From contig NW_026782116.1 of assembly GCF_031769215.1 (NCBI RefSeq), positions 310,001-374,000 on the forward strand: a stretch of DNA of 64,000 nt, given 5' to 3'. The notes under the pieces are model-generated. The model was not told the origin of the DNA. It saw only the letters and a program-made list of their open reading frames with translations, and did not search any database. The position numbers and the translations under genes were made by a program. This document shows positions 13,401-26,319 of this stretch, piece after piece; within the stretch, counting starts at the first letter, position 1, and every line of letters begins with the position of its first letter. Source of the stretch: Ylistrum balloti. Lineage: Eukaryota.

Positions 13401-16400
13401 TTTATTTCCAAAATGGTATCATTATATTTGTCATCCCTCTTAACTTTTTTATACCAATTTTCAACTTTACCAGATAATATCTTAATTTGGACCAATCACT
13501 AGCCTTTATCATATTTCAATTGTAATAATTGTGGAAACACCTGATTTGTCACACTACAGGCATTAATAAGTTACACCACTTGACCAAGTTTCAATAAAAT
13601 TGATCAAAGGATTGATGAATTACTGTCATTACATAAAAACCTGTTTATAGTGACCTGGTTACAGAGGCAACCAAACTTTTTGCTTAAAAAAACTGCGTGC
13701 ACATCTTCACATGGTCCCTAACATTCCTGTATAGTTTCACTGAATCTCTTAACAGCTGTAGGTGGAGTTGTTCGGACAAATTTTTCAATAAAAGTCCTAT
13801 GTATATTGATCCAGTTACCATGGCAACCCAAATGTCTGGAGGTGTTAAAATAATGTGCACCATTAGAATGTCCTCAAATATATATGGGTATGTATCAAGG
13901 CATGTCATGAATAAATTGTAGTATGGAAAATCTAGTTACTCAAAAAGGTACCTGCATAGAGAAATTGGCCATTACAAGCAGAGGGATATAAAAGACATAC
14001 ACATACAAAATAATGAAAAGACACAGAGGAAGACAAACCTTTAGTATCATATAGCAGTCATATTTTAATATAAACATCATGTAAAGCTTTCTAATATAAT
14101 GTACAATCCTGATCCAATTCCTTGTAGTAGCTTCAATAATGGACCAGTAAACTTTATACACTTAGCAAACATTTAAACAGGTTTACATAAAAAAGTTACT
14201 TGTATATGTGTTTTAGACTAGTTGTTATCTATAACCTTGGAATCAAACAGAAAAGAAAGTCATACAGTTTGTCTCACCTCCATAGCTCGTGGGAATATAC
14301 TGATTACGTCTGAGGAGAATATGGCATCATTTGGCTTGTCTGAAACCACAAAGGTACATACATACAGTCCAGGTCTGCTGGGAAATTTATTGTACTTGTC
14401 AGCAGATAATGATCATTATTATTTTGATGCAAAATACTTAAACAATAATTTTTTATGATTTCTGTCCTGTTATCGTCACATTTGAATTCCCATCAGAACC
14501 TCCAAATCATTTTGCAGTTGTATGCCATCAGTACCATCATATATCTATTACAAAACAATCAGTACCATCATATATCTATTACAAAACAATCAGTACCATC
14601 ATATATCTATTACAAAACAATCTTGTCTTAAAAAGTTTCAAAAACTCTGTTTATTTTGATAAAACTATCATGTAATGCATAATGCAAATTTGCTGTATTT
14701 TTTCTCTAAGATTTAAAGTGCAAAATGTAAATCTGTAAAACATTGTAAAAATTAAATTTGAATCACACAGATTTGTACAATTTTGCTTTAAATTTTGTTG
14801 ACTATTGAAAAGCAGTTTTTTATAATTAACTAGTAATTGCTTGAAAAGCTGATAAAATTTTGCTATGGTGTTAATGAATTTTTTAGAAAAATATTTCTTA
14901 TAATGCCCTCAACCACAATATGATAGTAGTTATTTTGAAATTCTGTAAATCATGTGATGTCTCATCCCAATTAAGACCAACCAAGTAACAAGTGTATAAT
15001 ATACTAGAAATTTACTCATAAATAGAATTAATTTCAAACAATAGCTATAAATATGTCATGTATCTCATTCAATTTTCTCTGGGTTCAATGGACTTTATAC
15101 AAGTCATCCTAAGTATTCCCTTGTTTGTATTTATTGCAAGATACATTTCTTGTACAAAATTGTATGACGGTCACAAGTGAAAAATATCTATCAAAGCAGA
15201 TCTATTTATGATACATGACTGAAGATATATCCACACATTTATGGAAGGTTGGACCCAACAATCTGTTTAAAACACATTTTACTTCTGAAGGTAAAGGATC
15301 ACAGTATAGAGTCACTGTGACCTATTTACAAAGTAATACTGTGAAAGATGTACCTACAGAGAAATTTTGACAATTCTAAATGAAATAATAAAGTGATATG
15401 CCCAGAAACAAAGGCAAAAGTAAGAACACAAATATTGCAGCAACCTTGTTCTAGCAACACAACAATATTTCAAGATGTAATTAGGAAATGGAATTTGAAA
15501 TTTTATCTGACATAGATATACTTAACCACTAAACAGTCTTCAGAATGTACTGTAATTTGTCAATATGAATGCAATATCTGGGTGACATAAATAACAAGGC
15601 ATTTCTGATATTGTTCTGATATATCATCCTGTGTATTTCATTCAGCTATCAAGTTTTTTTTACCTCTATTTTGTTTATTTACTAAAAGAGCTTCATTAAA
15701 GTAATAATCGTTTCAATGATGAAAAAGATAAAAAATAGAAACGCAGAAAAAAAAGGATGAGATGTGGTACTTGGGAGTGAACATATATATAGGGTGCAAT
15801 ATAATCAACTAGATGGAAGTGCTTTTTATTGCTAAAGAATGAAAAAAGAAAATTCATGTGTTCATGGCCTTATACTGACCAAGTCAGAGTGACATCTATA
15901 GAACATCTATGAACAGCAGAATAGTCATGGCATACTACATTGCATTCACTCATTCATTCAATGAACTACTGAACCAACTTCTACAAAAAACAAGGACACT
16001 GTTATTCCTATCACTTGCTAGAGAAATATAAAAAAAATATTTGAATTCATGAGGAAATGTTTAAATACCTTACAAGGGAAAAAAATATCCCATTGGATTT
16101 TAGCCCTAAAAATCCTATGATCATTGTTGAATCCATGTAACATGTAAGTTTGATCTTTTCACTTCTTTCTTCTTCATGTACAGTTGAAATGTCAGTCATG
16201 TCAATAATAATAAGGGAATGATGGTTAGACGTCCTAAAACCATTTTTGAATATATTTGAAATTGGCCATTCTAAGTAAAATATTTTCCTGAATTTCACAA
16301 TTGAACATGCTCAAAATTAAATGTGCACAACTAGGGACCAAGGGAAAACTATGTATAAAATAAGAGAAAGATCTCTCAAGCATTCTCTGATAAACTGTGA

Positions 16401-19400
16401 TAGCAATCTGCAATTCAAGATGGCTGCCTATCAGCAATCAGCAAAAGCATCATGTACAACTACGACCAAAATGAATGTACATTAAAAATATCAAATAGAG
16501 CTAACAACTTAGTTCTAGTATCAAAATCAAATATTCTGAACGATCTCAAATTTTCTTAAAAATAAACACATGTCAAATAATGATTTAAAAAAACTATAAG
16601 AGCATTGAAATAAAAGAAGACTATTGATTTTTCTAGGAGAATGTCTAATCAGTGAGCCAGAGTAGAGTATACCATTTATCTACATCACAGCAATTAATGA
16701 CAGCCATAGCAAAATGCATTTACAATGTAGTTAAGTATCAAAAACTCTTAACAAAATAATCAAAAATACAAAACAACAGGTGTATATTAAGTTTAAATTA
16801 ATTCAAAAAGCAACCTAAGTTTAAATTGCCAAACAATAAAGCCCATCACATCATAAAATTTCACAGAATAAAAACTATAAGTTTTAAGCATATCATCATA
16901 ACCCAAAATATTATGGATGCATGATCTACTTAGTAAGATTCAGTTGATAAACTTATTCAAAAACATTAGTTTTTATTTCGATGCCAGCATGATCACACAG
17001 CATTAGCTCATGATTACTCAAAACTGGTGAATAAAACATAGCACAGAAGCCTTAGTATTATATATATGTTGTTTTCTAGAGGTGATGAACAGCTTATTTG
17101 TAAGAAAATAAATTGTAGTTTTCAATGGTATACATAACTCTGAACCACTACAGTATTCTGTTGGGTTTCAAAAAAATGAAGTAAAATGTTTACAAGAATA
17201 TCCATGCGCTCCAGTTAGTAAGGTATGAGGTTTATGTAGGATGAGAGAATATTATCTATATCATATCTACATTCCAAGACTGGGTGAGACTTACCACGTA
17301 CATTAACCTTTCTCTTAACTTCATGACGAGTGATAAAAATGTCTGTCAAAATCAATATTACCTTTTTCTGTATAAAAATTTCAAAACCAACACAGAAATT
17401 ATGATCAAAGTAAGGAAGCTTCTTATTTCAATGCCTGTATAGAGTCCTCCTAATTCTGATACTGACAATTCAGACATTTGACTTGAACCATTAAGTACCC
17501 ATCAGAAGGACGCAGTCATTTACATGTACATTTTCATTTCATCTGACTCTTATTAACAACTTAAGCACTGCTATACATAAGGAATGAACTTGGAAATTAA
17601 ATTCCACTCATATATTTCTTCTTTTCTTTTATTCTCTATACATGTACGCAACTTAGTTGGATATGTTTAAAAATGTATCAGATTGATGTCACTGCTGTAA
17701 TGACACTGAATGATTGAATAAATAGAATATATATTAATGATGACCTATGGCCATAACAGATGTAATTGGTATAACTTATTTGTGATATTCTAATCTCAAA
17801 AATACAAGGTCCAAGTGCGAAACAATGAGGTTGAATTATTGTACAAAGAAAATTTATATTTAAGAAACACAATGTCCAGACTGATGAATTTTGTCTCTAA
17901 AGGAAAAAAACACACAGTCCAGATTACTGAGGTTCCACTGTACACAGAAAATACACTGTCTACAACGACCCACTAATAAGTATAACAACTAGAGTAAACA
18001 GAGAGCTCAATGTTCAAAACTATGTTCAAATTAATGAGATTCCACAATAAGAATATCATCTACTAAGTTTCCTCTCTGTACCTACCTGAGCTTCCAGTCA
18101 CAAGCAAGCGGTTGAATATACTACATCCTGTGATCTGGATATTTTCATTTTGTAGATTGTTTCTCATGGCCACACTAATAAGTCGCTTGCCACTAGCATC
18201 TATCTGGAATGTCTCTGACTCCTTACACATTTCAAGTATTAGTGTGAGAGATTCCAGCACCTGTTCCTCGTAGTCTATATAGGTGGCAAGGTGTTCTAGG
18301 ATTCGAATCAGACCTCCATCCTTTGGTACTGTACCTATAATACAACAAAGCACATGACATCATTATATATAAAACCAATATAAACATACACTGTTAAACT
18401 TTATGTATTTGATAAAGACATCTACAGGTCTTACGTCTGTCTTTACGGGCTGACTTTTGTCGTTTCCTCTTCTCAAGCTGTGAGGCATCTGTCATTTCTA
18501 CACAAGCCTTCACATATGCATTGTTCTTCTTCAGGTCTCTGTAAAATTAATATAACACAAATTACTCCAATAATCAATTCTGGAGTAATCAACTCAATCC
18601 TAATGAACTACAGAAATAAGGAAACTTTACTTTTTCACCACTACAAATTAAAAAGTAGTGTCAGTTTAAGAAAAGCATATTCTGTTGCTTCTATTCCAGC
18701 AAAAGGGACTCATAATTATTCACTCATTGCCTTAGCATAAGCTCACCAGTCCTGCGGACCACATGAGCTAAAAACTGTACTGTATCTTACTTTGCCAGTA
18801 TCTTATTTATCTTTATACAGATCTGTAAATTGATTCTTACAAAGCAGAAGGCCTGTCTTTCCTCTTCAACATTAGACGAATTAAGCTGATCAGTTCTCCA
18901 GAGTAATGCTGAAAAATCAAGACAAAGTATTATACAGAAGGGATTTCATCTCTGTGTTATTAGTTTGAATTAGTGCTTAGAAGGTCTTAAAAACCTGTGA
19001 AAATCATAGTAGATTGTGTACTGTCTCTTCATACCAACAAATTCAAAATGGATGTACTGAAGCACATTAACTGCAAATTTCAAATTATCACTAGGAATTC
19101 AATCTCTAAGGACAGAATAATACTTTCAGGCCAAAGTGTCCTGAATGTATTCATTTCTACATCAGCCATTGAATGTATACACACAAGTTCTTATGGGATA
19201 GGATATCCTCCATTGTCATTGTTAAGAGGCAGAGTGGCATCCAGATACATATTTATACGTATTTATACGAACACAGGATAGAATCTTATAAAACATATAT
19301 GAATTCAATTTCTTTGGCTCTAACCATCAGCCAGGCCCTTGAAAGGGTGTATCAACTCCCTAGCAGAGACAGGGTTGGCAGCCCATACTTGTGTATTATT

Positions 19401-22400
19401 TCAAATCAAAACTTGAAAATGTTTATTATTTAACCATGTTATATGTCCCACATATAATTCAAGAAGAGAAACCACTAAAAGCTTTAAGGTTAAATCCTCC
19501 CGTTTTGTTTCTACCATTCTAGATATTTTGAAATGCCACTAAGTTATGTTTTTCAGTCTATTACAGACATTTTGTTAATGCTGTTTTTACACATATTTGC
19601 AAACAATGTCAAAAACAACATTTCAAGGCACCCCCTTCCCCGACCCCTTTTTTGTAATTATTCGTGACTTTGAGAACATATGGCCATATTGTGTTACCAT
19701 TGGAAGAGCAGAGACAATTACAAAGACAAAGCCTATTATAGAGGTTAAGTGGGAAAGTGCAACATCTGTTAGGTAATATCTGAATACCTCAAGGTTCAAA
19801 TCTTTCTAACACATCACTTTTCTAGTAAAGACACAGCTAAACACCATTCAATTAAATGTACTGGTAGTTCTGACACTTACATTAGCCACCTCCTCAAACA
19901 CCTCCTCCATCACATAAGGGTCCTCTTTTGCCTCCTTCATCTTTTCTGTAACATCTTTCTCATCATATAAAGTTGATGTTGTAAGCTCAAACAGTATACA
20001 GCCAAGTGACCAGATGTCAGTGACAGGACTGAAGCCTGTCTTCTCAATCTCTGGAGCCAAGTAATTGGCACTACCTGAAAGTCAAAAGTAAGTCAATTAG
20101 TAAGCTAATTATCCTACCTCCTATTTTGATAGAAATGGTGCTCAACAAAATGGAACCAGTGTCAAAAATACTACAATTCCTTATGTTTAAAGATACTGGT
20201 GTAAAATTTCTCAAGACTTCTGCTAATAGAGTAATGAAATTAAATTCAACTTTATATGATCACACAAATTATTTTCCACAGGCACCAATTAAAACAAGAT
20301 ACATGTCCAATGTTCTATCAGAAGGTACTCACTGAGACTAGCCCTGGTGCAGGTCTGAGTGTCTCCCATCACTGTAGCTACAGAGAAATCTCCCAGCTTT
20401 AAACTTCCCTCCTCTTGTAGGTAAAGGTTATTAGGTCGTAAATCTCTGTGAAAGTATATATAATAGATAAATATAAATCAACAACTTGACAGCTGAAAGA
20501 ATGGCTATTTAATGCTAATACTTTTAAAATAAGCATTCTCTTTAAAAAGTATTTTTCAGGACTTTCAGGGGCTATTGATGTACACCATTCCTCATTTAAA
20601 TTATTTCATATTAAAGTCAAAATTCCAAACTTTGCAATATACTCTTGCAAATTTCCTTCCAAATTCAAAATTTTCATCCCAGAATGAGGCATAAATGCAA
20701 CATCACAGACAGCTAAATAAAGTCCTGGTCTTTGAAAAAATGTACTATATCTTCACTATAAATATAATAGAATCCAAAGTGACATTTTCTTGCAGGAGAG
20801 ACCTCCACAATTAAAATGGATCCAATGTATTGTGACATAAAAACCCTCTGTTCATACTCTTATTACTACTTAGTATATGTACTGTCAAACAATATTAGCA
20901 GTAATGTATATAAGCTTCAATAGTTCCAACTCTGCAATCCTACTTTGTCAATCTAATTTTGACAGTCAATCATTATATCAAATGTTCAAAAGTTCAAGGC
21001 CATAAAAATCCATCCTCAATACGCTAGGGGTTACAATCACTCTATATGTGAGCTAGCATTCAATCTAATTAATATTCTACAGGTTCAACATTTGTGAAAT
21101 ATACTCTTTTTGATTTTAAGTTTTTAGGTTGTGGTTGTAGATTTATATGGAAAACATTTCACAATATCATTTGCTTAAACTTGTATCCATGATATCGAGT
21201 TGCATGCATTTAAAGTGAAGTCAATAATAAAAGTAAAGTGTGTCACTGCTAAAAACTATGCATTCAAACACTATATAACTCTGTGTGTGAAATCAAACTA
21301 CTGGATGCAATCGATATTTTATACTGTTGTGTCAACTTTAGAGTTTTGCTGCTCTCAAGTGTTACTGACTTACCTGTGAATGATTCCTCGCTGATGAACA
21401 TGCACCAAGCCTTCAATCACCTGACCAACCCAATTTTTGATAGTCTGAAACAATTCACATATTAAGTAAACAACTGAACAAAACAATCTAAAAAATTACT
21501 TTCCATGATCAGATGTCAGAGTAATTCATTGATTTTATTAAGTATAAAAATTAAGATGTGCCTTAAATCAATCTTTAAAGAAATAACAGTCATCATCTAT
21601 ATTACCTCCTCTGGAATGATTTCCTTGCTCTCCCAGTGTTTTTGCATGATGGTGCCAAGCGTACCAAGAGGAAAGTAATCCATAACTATCGCCATGAAAA
21701 CTGAAGAATTCTAAAACAAAAAGTATGCAGAGGTAACAGAATTATTCTGCCATTCTTTGAATACCATAAACCATTTTTGTTTTGCAAATACATGTACTTA
21801 ATTTCACGATTTTACCTATTCTAACATACCAGCAAATACATAATTTTGAAAAAGCTGATCTTGAAATGACTTTATCTTTGCAAATGATGAGCTATTAGAG
21901 ACTTTGACTCTACAAGATTCCACTGTCAGTAACAGAATAAACACAGATCTCATCAACAATTGTTACTTTCATACAAAGAATTGGAATTTGTTATTGACAT
22001 GGTATAAATCCAACACAAAATATAAGTGATTTAAAGTAATATTACTTGGTCAGTTCGATTAGAAAATAAAAGTTGCCTGAAAGTATATTTAAACTATATA
22101 AAAAAAAGTTGCCTAAAAGTATATTTAAACTGATACATAAATATATCTTAAAGTTTGTATGTATAGATTTAGCTTGAATGTTGACGTTTCAACATTGGAA
22201 ATTAATTATGAATTTAAAAAGACATTACAGTAAAAACATTCATTAGAAATTAAAGGGAGATGTTGTTGACACTCCCAATTATGTCTAGATGATATCACTA
22301 TCAATGGTTGTTACCTCTTTCTCCCACATGACGAAGAACTCATTGTATCCAGAGACATAGGGGTGTTCTAAACTCAGCAGGTCCTGAGCCTAATAAGAAA

Positions 22401-23640
22401 ACTGGTTATCAGTACAACAGTCCCTTTTACAATATGGACATCTAAAGAAAAAATCTCTTACTGTGCTGGCTTCATATACACATATTTATATATTAGTTCA
22501 AATTTCATCTGGATGAATGCCTGGTAAATACAGGTTTCAAGGTTTTTCTTGATATCTGAACTTGAATTACTAGGAATCAAAATGAATTTGCATTAAATAC
22601 GCTTGGAATAACAATAAAAAGATAACAATACATAAATCACTCTTTCTGAATACAAAGACAGTAAAATGCCATTACCGTATCTGTAATATAATATGCAGTA
22701 TGCCAATGAATTGTATCATAGGTATAATTGTACTTACATACAAATTAACATAGAAAACAAACTATTACCTAAAAAACACATATGTAAAATATTACCTCTC
22801 TGAACGCCTTATTAGCTTCACTCTCATCAAAGCATTCCACCTGCAAGTATTCATAATAGTACATTTACACACAATTATGGAGAAAAAATCGAATTGTTCT
22901 GTTTGGATTGTAAAAATAAGAAAAAATGCTCTACAAACTTATATACTGGTAGCAAATCAATGCCTTTGTAAAGCATACAAATGTATCCTGCACTTTTCAC
23001 TTGGTCCATCCAATCTTTTCGACTGTTTTACAGAACAATTCATAAATCATTCCAGGACATCTTCAGTATATTACGTTAAGATTAAATACCAAACAATTGA
23101 TTTTCGCCACATTGCCTCGTCTGTCAATACATTGGGCATAGAATGGGTGCATTGACAGATGACACTGGTACCTATGCAGCTGAATAAATGCATCTTCTCA
23201 CGTTGGAGTTAAAAATTATGTACCGCGTGCTTACCCAAGCGTGTCAACTTGATAATAACGTATTATTGTAATTACCTATATCTACGGGTGTTGAAGTAGC
23301 CCTAAGCTTACAAACCACAATATGAAAACAAAATGTTGTTAAAATTTCGTGTATTTCAATAACGTTTCTAAAATTTGACTTAAACGAGTTTTCTTGGCTT
23401 CGTAGACAATGTTTACCTTTTTGAGGACACACGATTTACCAGTATCGCACTTTTCGGCGAGGTAAATTGTTGCCTGGGCACTTTGACCCAGCTGTCGAAC
23501 AATCTGAAAATAACCAAAGAAATTATTTATTGTCTGTTAAGGACTTTTGAGAGTCAACTATGGTTAATTCTATCAGAACTGAAAGAAATTACTTATTGGT
23601 ATGTACAGGATGCGAGACACCATACCTTGTAGTTCTCCAT
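7497..23640 (-). CDS. STKLD1: Serine/threonine kinase-like domain-containing protein (STKLD1/SgK071-like): NEK-like kinase domain plus ARM-type repeats, ~655 aa
   Basis: 19 phase-consistent GT-AG exons: 23640-23626, 23503-23417, 22840-22796, 22389-22315, 21710-21606, 21444-21374, 20445-20333, 20074-19881, 18908-18841, 18538-18435, 18334-18086, 14339-14278, 13256-13190, 12884-12756, 12061-11933, 11685-11554, 11301-11149, 8209-8127, 7583-7497. Protein starts MENYKIVRQLG..VLKKVECFDESEANKAFRE and carries HRDLRPNN, GDFS, YLAPE and DIWSLGC, followed by helical ARM-like repeats. Confidence 0.88.
8655..8713. repeat. 29-bp tandem duplication
   Basis: ATGTACATGGTTTATCCACTGT(T/G)TTCAGT occurs twice in tandem. 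Confidence 0.85.
8852..8878. repeat. Compound (TA)n(CA)n microsatellite
   Basis: tatatatatatatatatacacacacac is read directly. Confidence 0.9.
12350..12650. repeat. 100-bp tandem repeat x3 in a STKLD1 intron
   Basis: Units starting ttgtttt(g/a)tg at 12350, 12450 and 12550 are near-identical. A degenerate partial copy follows. Confidence 0.95.
12989..13182. repeat. 97-bp tandem duplication x2
   Basis: aaaaagtgtcagtacagaaatgataacc...gatataggtgat starts at 12989 and 13086. Confidence 0.95.
13690..13870. repeat. Dispersed repeat fragment, related copy at ~57935-58030
   Basis: cacatcttcacatggtccctaacattcctgtatagtttcactgaa (~13700) resembles cacatctacacttggtccccaacattcctgtgtagttacattgaa (~57940). 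Confidence 0.6.
14529..14621. repeat. 31-bp tandem repeat x3
   Basis: cagtaccatcatatatctattacaaaacaat starts at 14529, 14560 and 14591. Confidence 0.95.
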
Positions 23641-23667
23641 GTTCTTGACAACATGAAGCTTTTACAG

Positions 23668-23679
23668 TGCGCATGCGTG
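23668..23679. promoter_or_regulatory. NRF1-like element near the STKLD1 start
   Basis: TGCGCATGCGTG resembles the NRF1 palindrome YGCGCAYGCGCR. It lies 28 nt upstream of the STKLD1 ATG in a CpG-enriched segment. Confidence 0.35.
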
Positions 23680-24494
23680 TTGTCTGAACACGTCAGAGCG
23701 CGCCAAAACTTCATAAATGCAGTACCTAACCAATATTTGTGTAGTACTACCAGGGACGTATTATACTACCAACACACTTTCTGCTCAATGTGGAAACACA
23801 TTATAAGTCGAGTGCTAATTATGCAATGTTTTCACAAAATACACAAAATCTTTCATGGCGTGACATGATGAAATATTAAACCACATTTGTTGGTCTGAAA
23901 AATATTATAGGATTAATATTGGTTAACACCATAAACTTGATGATCTTCTTGCCATTTAAAACTTGCAACATACTATGTATAAATTTCTATGATAATATCT
24001 GTTTATTTTTTTAAAATATATAGCTTTTTTTAACCCAAGGACATAAAACAACTCATTTCATATCTCATACTAATTAATGATCATATATCAACTCGCTCCC
24101 ACGTAGACAGAGACTTTTTCGTCATGTATATTATAAATGCAATGCGGACAGGGAATTATTGTTCTTATGTTTATTGTTTGGCACAATATTTTAACACTGT
24201 CATATATATGAAAACAAAAAAAAAACAGAGTTTCGGTTTGGCATCTTGCCGAGTTGAACGTCGAACTCCTTCGTATGAGAATATACCAATCGTGATTTAT
24301 GTAAAATTAAACGTATCTTAAATGCATGTATCTTTGTAAATTATGTCTCTTTATAAGTTTGAGTAGCCGAACCGTACTGGCAGGTATTGAATAGTTTTAG
24401 TACGACTCGCTCATGTTTAAGCGCCTGCAAGACGCAGATCTACTTTCATGTTTTAAGCTCACGCAAAACGTTGATTATACAACTGACCCCGAGT

Positions 24495-24722
24495 ATGCCG
24501 CTACCAAAGAGGAAAGGTCTTCGGGGCATTTACAATTATTTAGTTCATGGTCAAAGACTGCATGAACGAACGATCGAAAATTTGAAGATCTTACGACTTG
24601 TAGGAGTATGCCTGATATTTTCATATGGGTTCACCAAATACACACAACGGATGGGTCCGATGAAAGTGTCGAAGTTGGAGTTGGAGGATCTTGAATTACC
24701 CGAAAAATCACAGAGACCATGA
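24495..24722 (+). CDS. Candidate single-exon 75-aa membrane microprotein, divergent from STKLD1
   Basis: MPLPKRKGLRGIYNYLVHGQRLHERTIENLKILRLVGVCLIFSYGFTKYTQRMGPMKVSKLELEDLELPEKSQRP*. Basic N-terminus, one hydrophobic segment, acidic tail. It sits in a GC/CpG-richer island about 850 bp from the STKLD1 ATG. No family recognised. Confidence 0.45.
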   Translation: MPLPKRKGLRGIYNYLVHGQRLHERTIENLKILRLVGVCLIFSYGFTKYTQRMGPMKVSKLELEDLELPEKSQRP

Positions 24723-26319
24723 TGTAATACAATCATTTCATTGATGACGAGATAAGTTAAAATAATATAGCCCGATAATCGTATGACAAATAGCCCAAAC
24801 ATAAAAGTTATTACATTATGCACGACATATCTGTAGTGTCTAGAATCAACATGGTTTACTAACTAATCAGTCGCCTTTGCCCCGTCCACTCCGTGTATTA
24901 CAGGAGTTAGGTAATATATACTTGCCTTGTTTGTAATGCACCCAATGCACTGATAGTTGAAATATTGTTGACATTGTCACAATTTATTTATATTATTTTG
25001 TCCTCTGGCAGGTAAAGAATGAGGCAGGGCATTTATCTAAGTGTAATTTATAAGGGATATATCTTCACTAGATGCTTGACATGTGAAGCAAGTACCAATT
25101 AGCCTTAGTCTCCTCTGGGCTCTTTTGCCATGTGATAATCTCAAATGGGATGCATGTCTGCTTCATATTTTGTAATTTCTCTAAAGATCCAAACTCTATA
25201 AAGTATCATTGTAAGTTCCAAACCGTTCAAACCTTTCTTTTTTCATGAGAATATTTCTTTGAAAATTTTTGTCCATCAGATGTTCAGTGGTAAAGTTTTT
25301 TTGTTACTAAAATATTGCTTACAATATTTTTTTGTTGACAGTTTGCCAAAAGATATTGTGTGGATGGAACTAGATTCAAGCAGTGACAGAATGGTGATGT
25401 GTTTTTAGAAGATGCTGCTCACAAGTCAAGACATTTGTCAGCTTTCTTTATGTATGAAGTGCTGAGGAGTTTTAGAAACCATGATTTAGATTATAAAGAC
25501 TTTCGACGATAATGAAACCTTAGGTTTGATGATTTACTTTCTGGTTTAACTTGGTGTTGATATACAATTGTATTCAGCCGGTTTGGGTACATTAGGATAA
25601 ATATACAGAGCTGCACTTATAATGGGACTCAACATACTGTGTAATTTTGAAAAAAAAAATACTTAAAATAATTGAAAACTGATTGAATAATTTTTTGATC
25701 ATCCTAAAATACACAAATTTTGAATACAAATATGCATTATTTCTTGACTGAATATGTTTCAGATTTTAATTCAGAAAAAAGCGATGTTGATTTGATTTAA
25801 AAGCTGATTTTTAAAACTTGACTTGTGGTAATATTTCAATTCAGTATGAGTGTTGTGAGGATGAATTGTATGTAGACAAGTTCTTTACAAAATTGTATAT
25901 ACTTATGTTTTTTCTCTAAAGAATTGTACAGGTTTATACATAAAAATGTGATATGAGGAAGCACTGTGTTCAGTATTTTATCAGTTTTCTTTTTCTTTTT
26001 ACCTTGGATGAGTAGTATACCTAGCAAAAAAATCCATGATTGGAAATAGCCCACCACATCTATCAGTTTTAAGTGTTCAAACAAATGCTTTATATCATTC
26101 CCTTGTTATAAGCCCACCCTCTACTTTGAGTTAAGTTAGTGTTTTGACCCCCAAAGTTTATTACAGGGTAAGTATAGTCTGTTCATTATACAGTTTTAGA
26201 ACCTATCTAAACATTTATTTTTTGTTTGTTTGGAACACATTCACAAAGTGACTGCAAGATTAGATTATGGTTTGCTGAGGTATTTTCTTAATAGAACAAA
26301 TTACTGGTGGTACTGAAAA

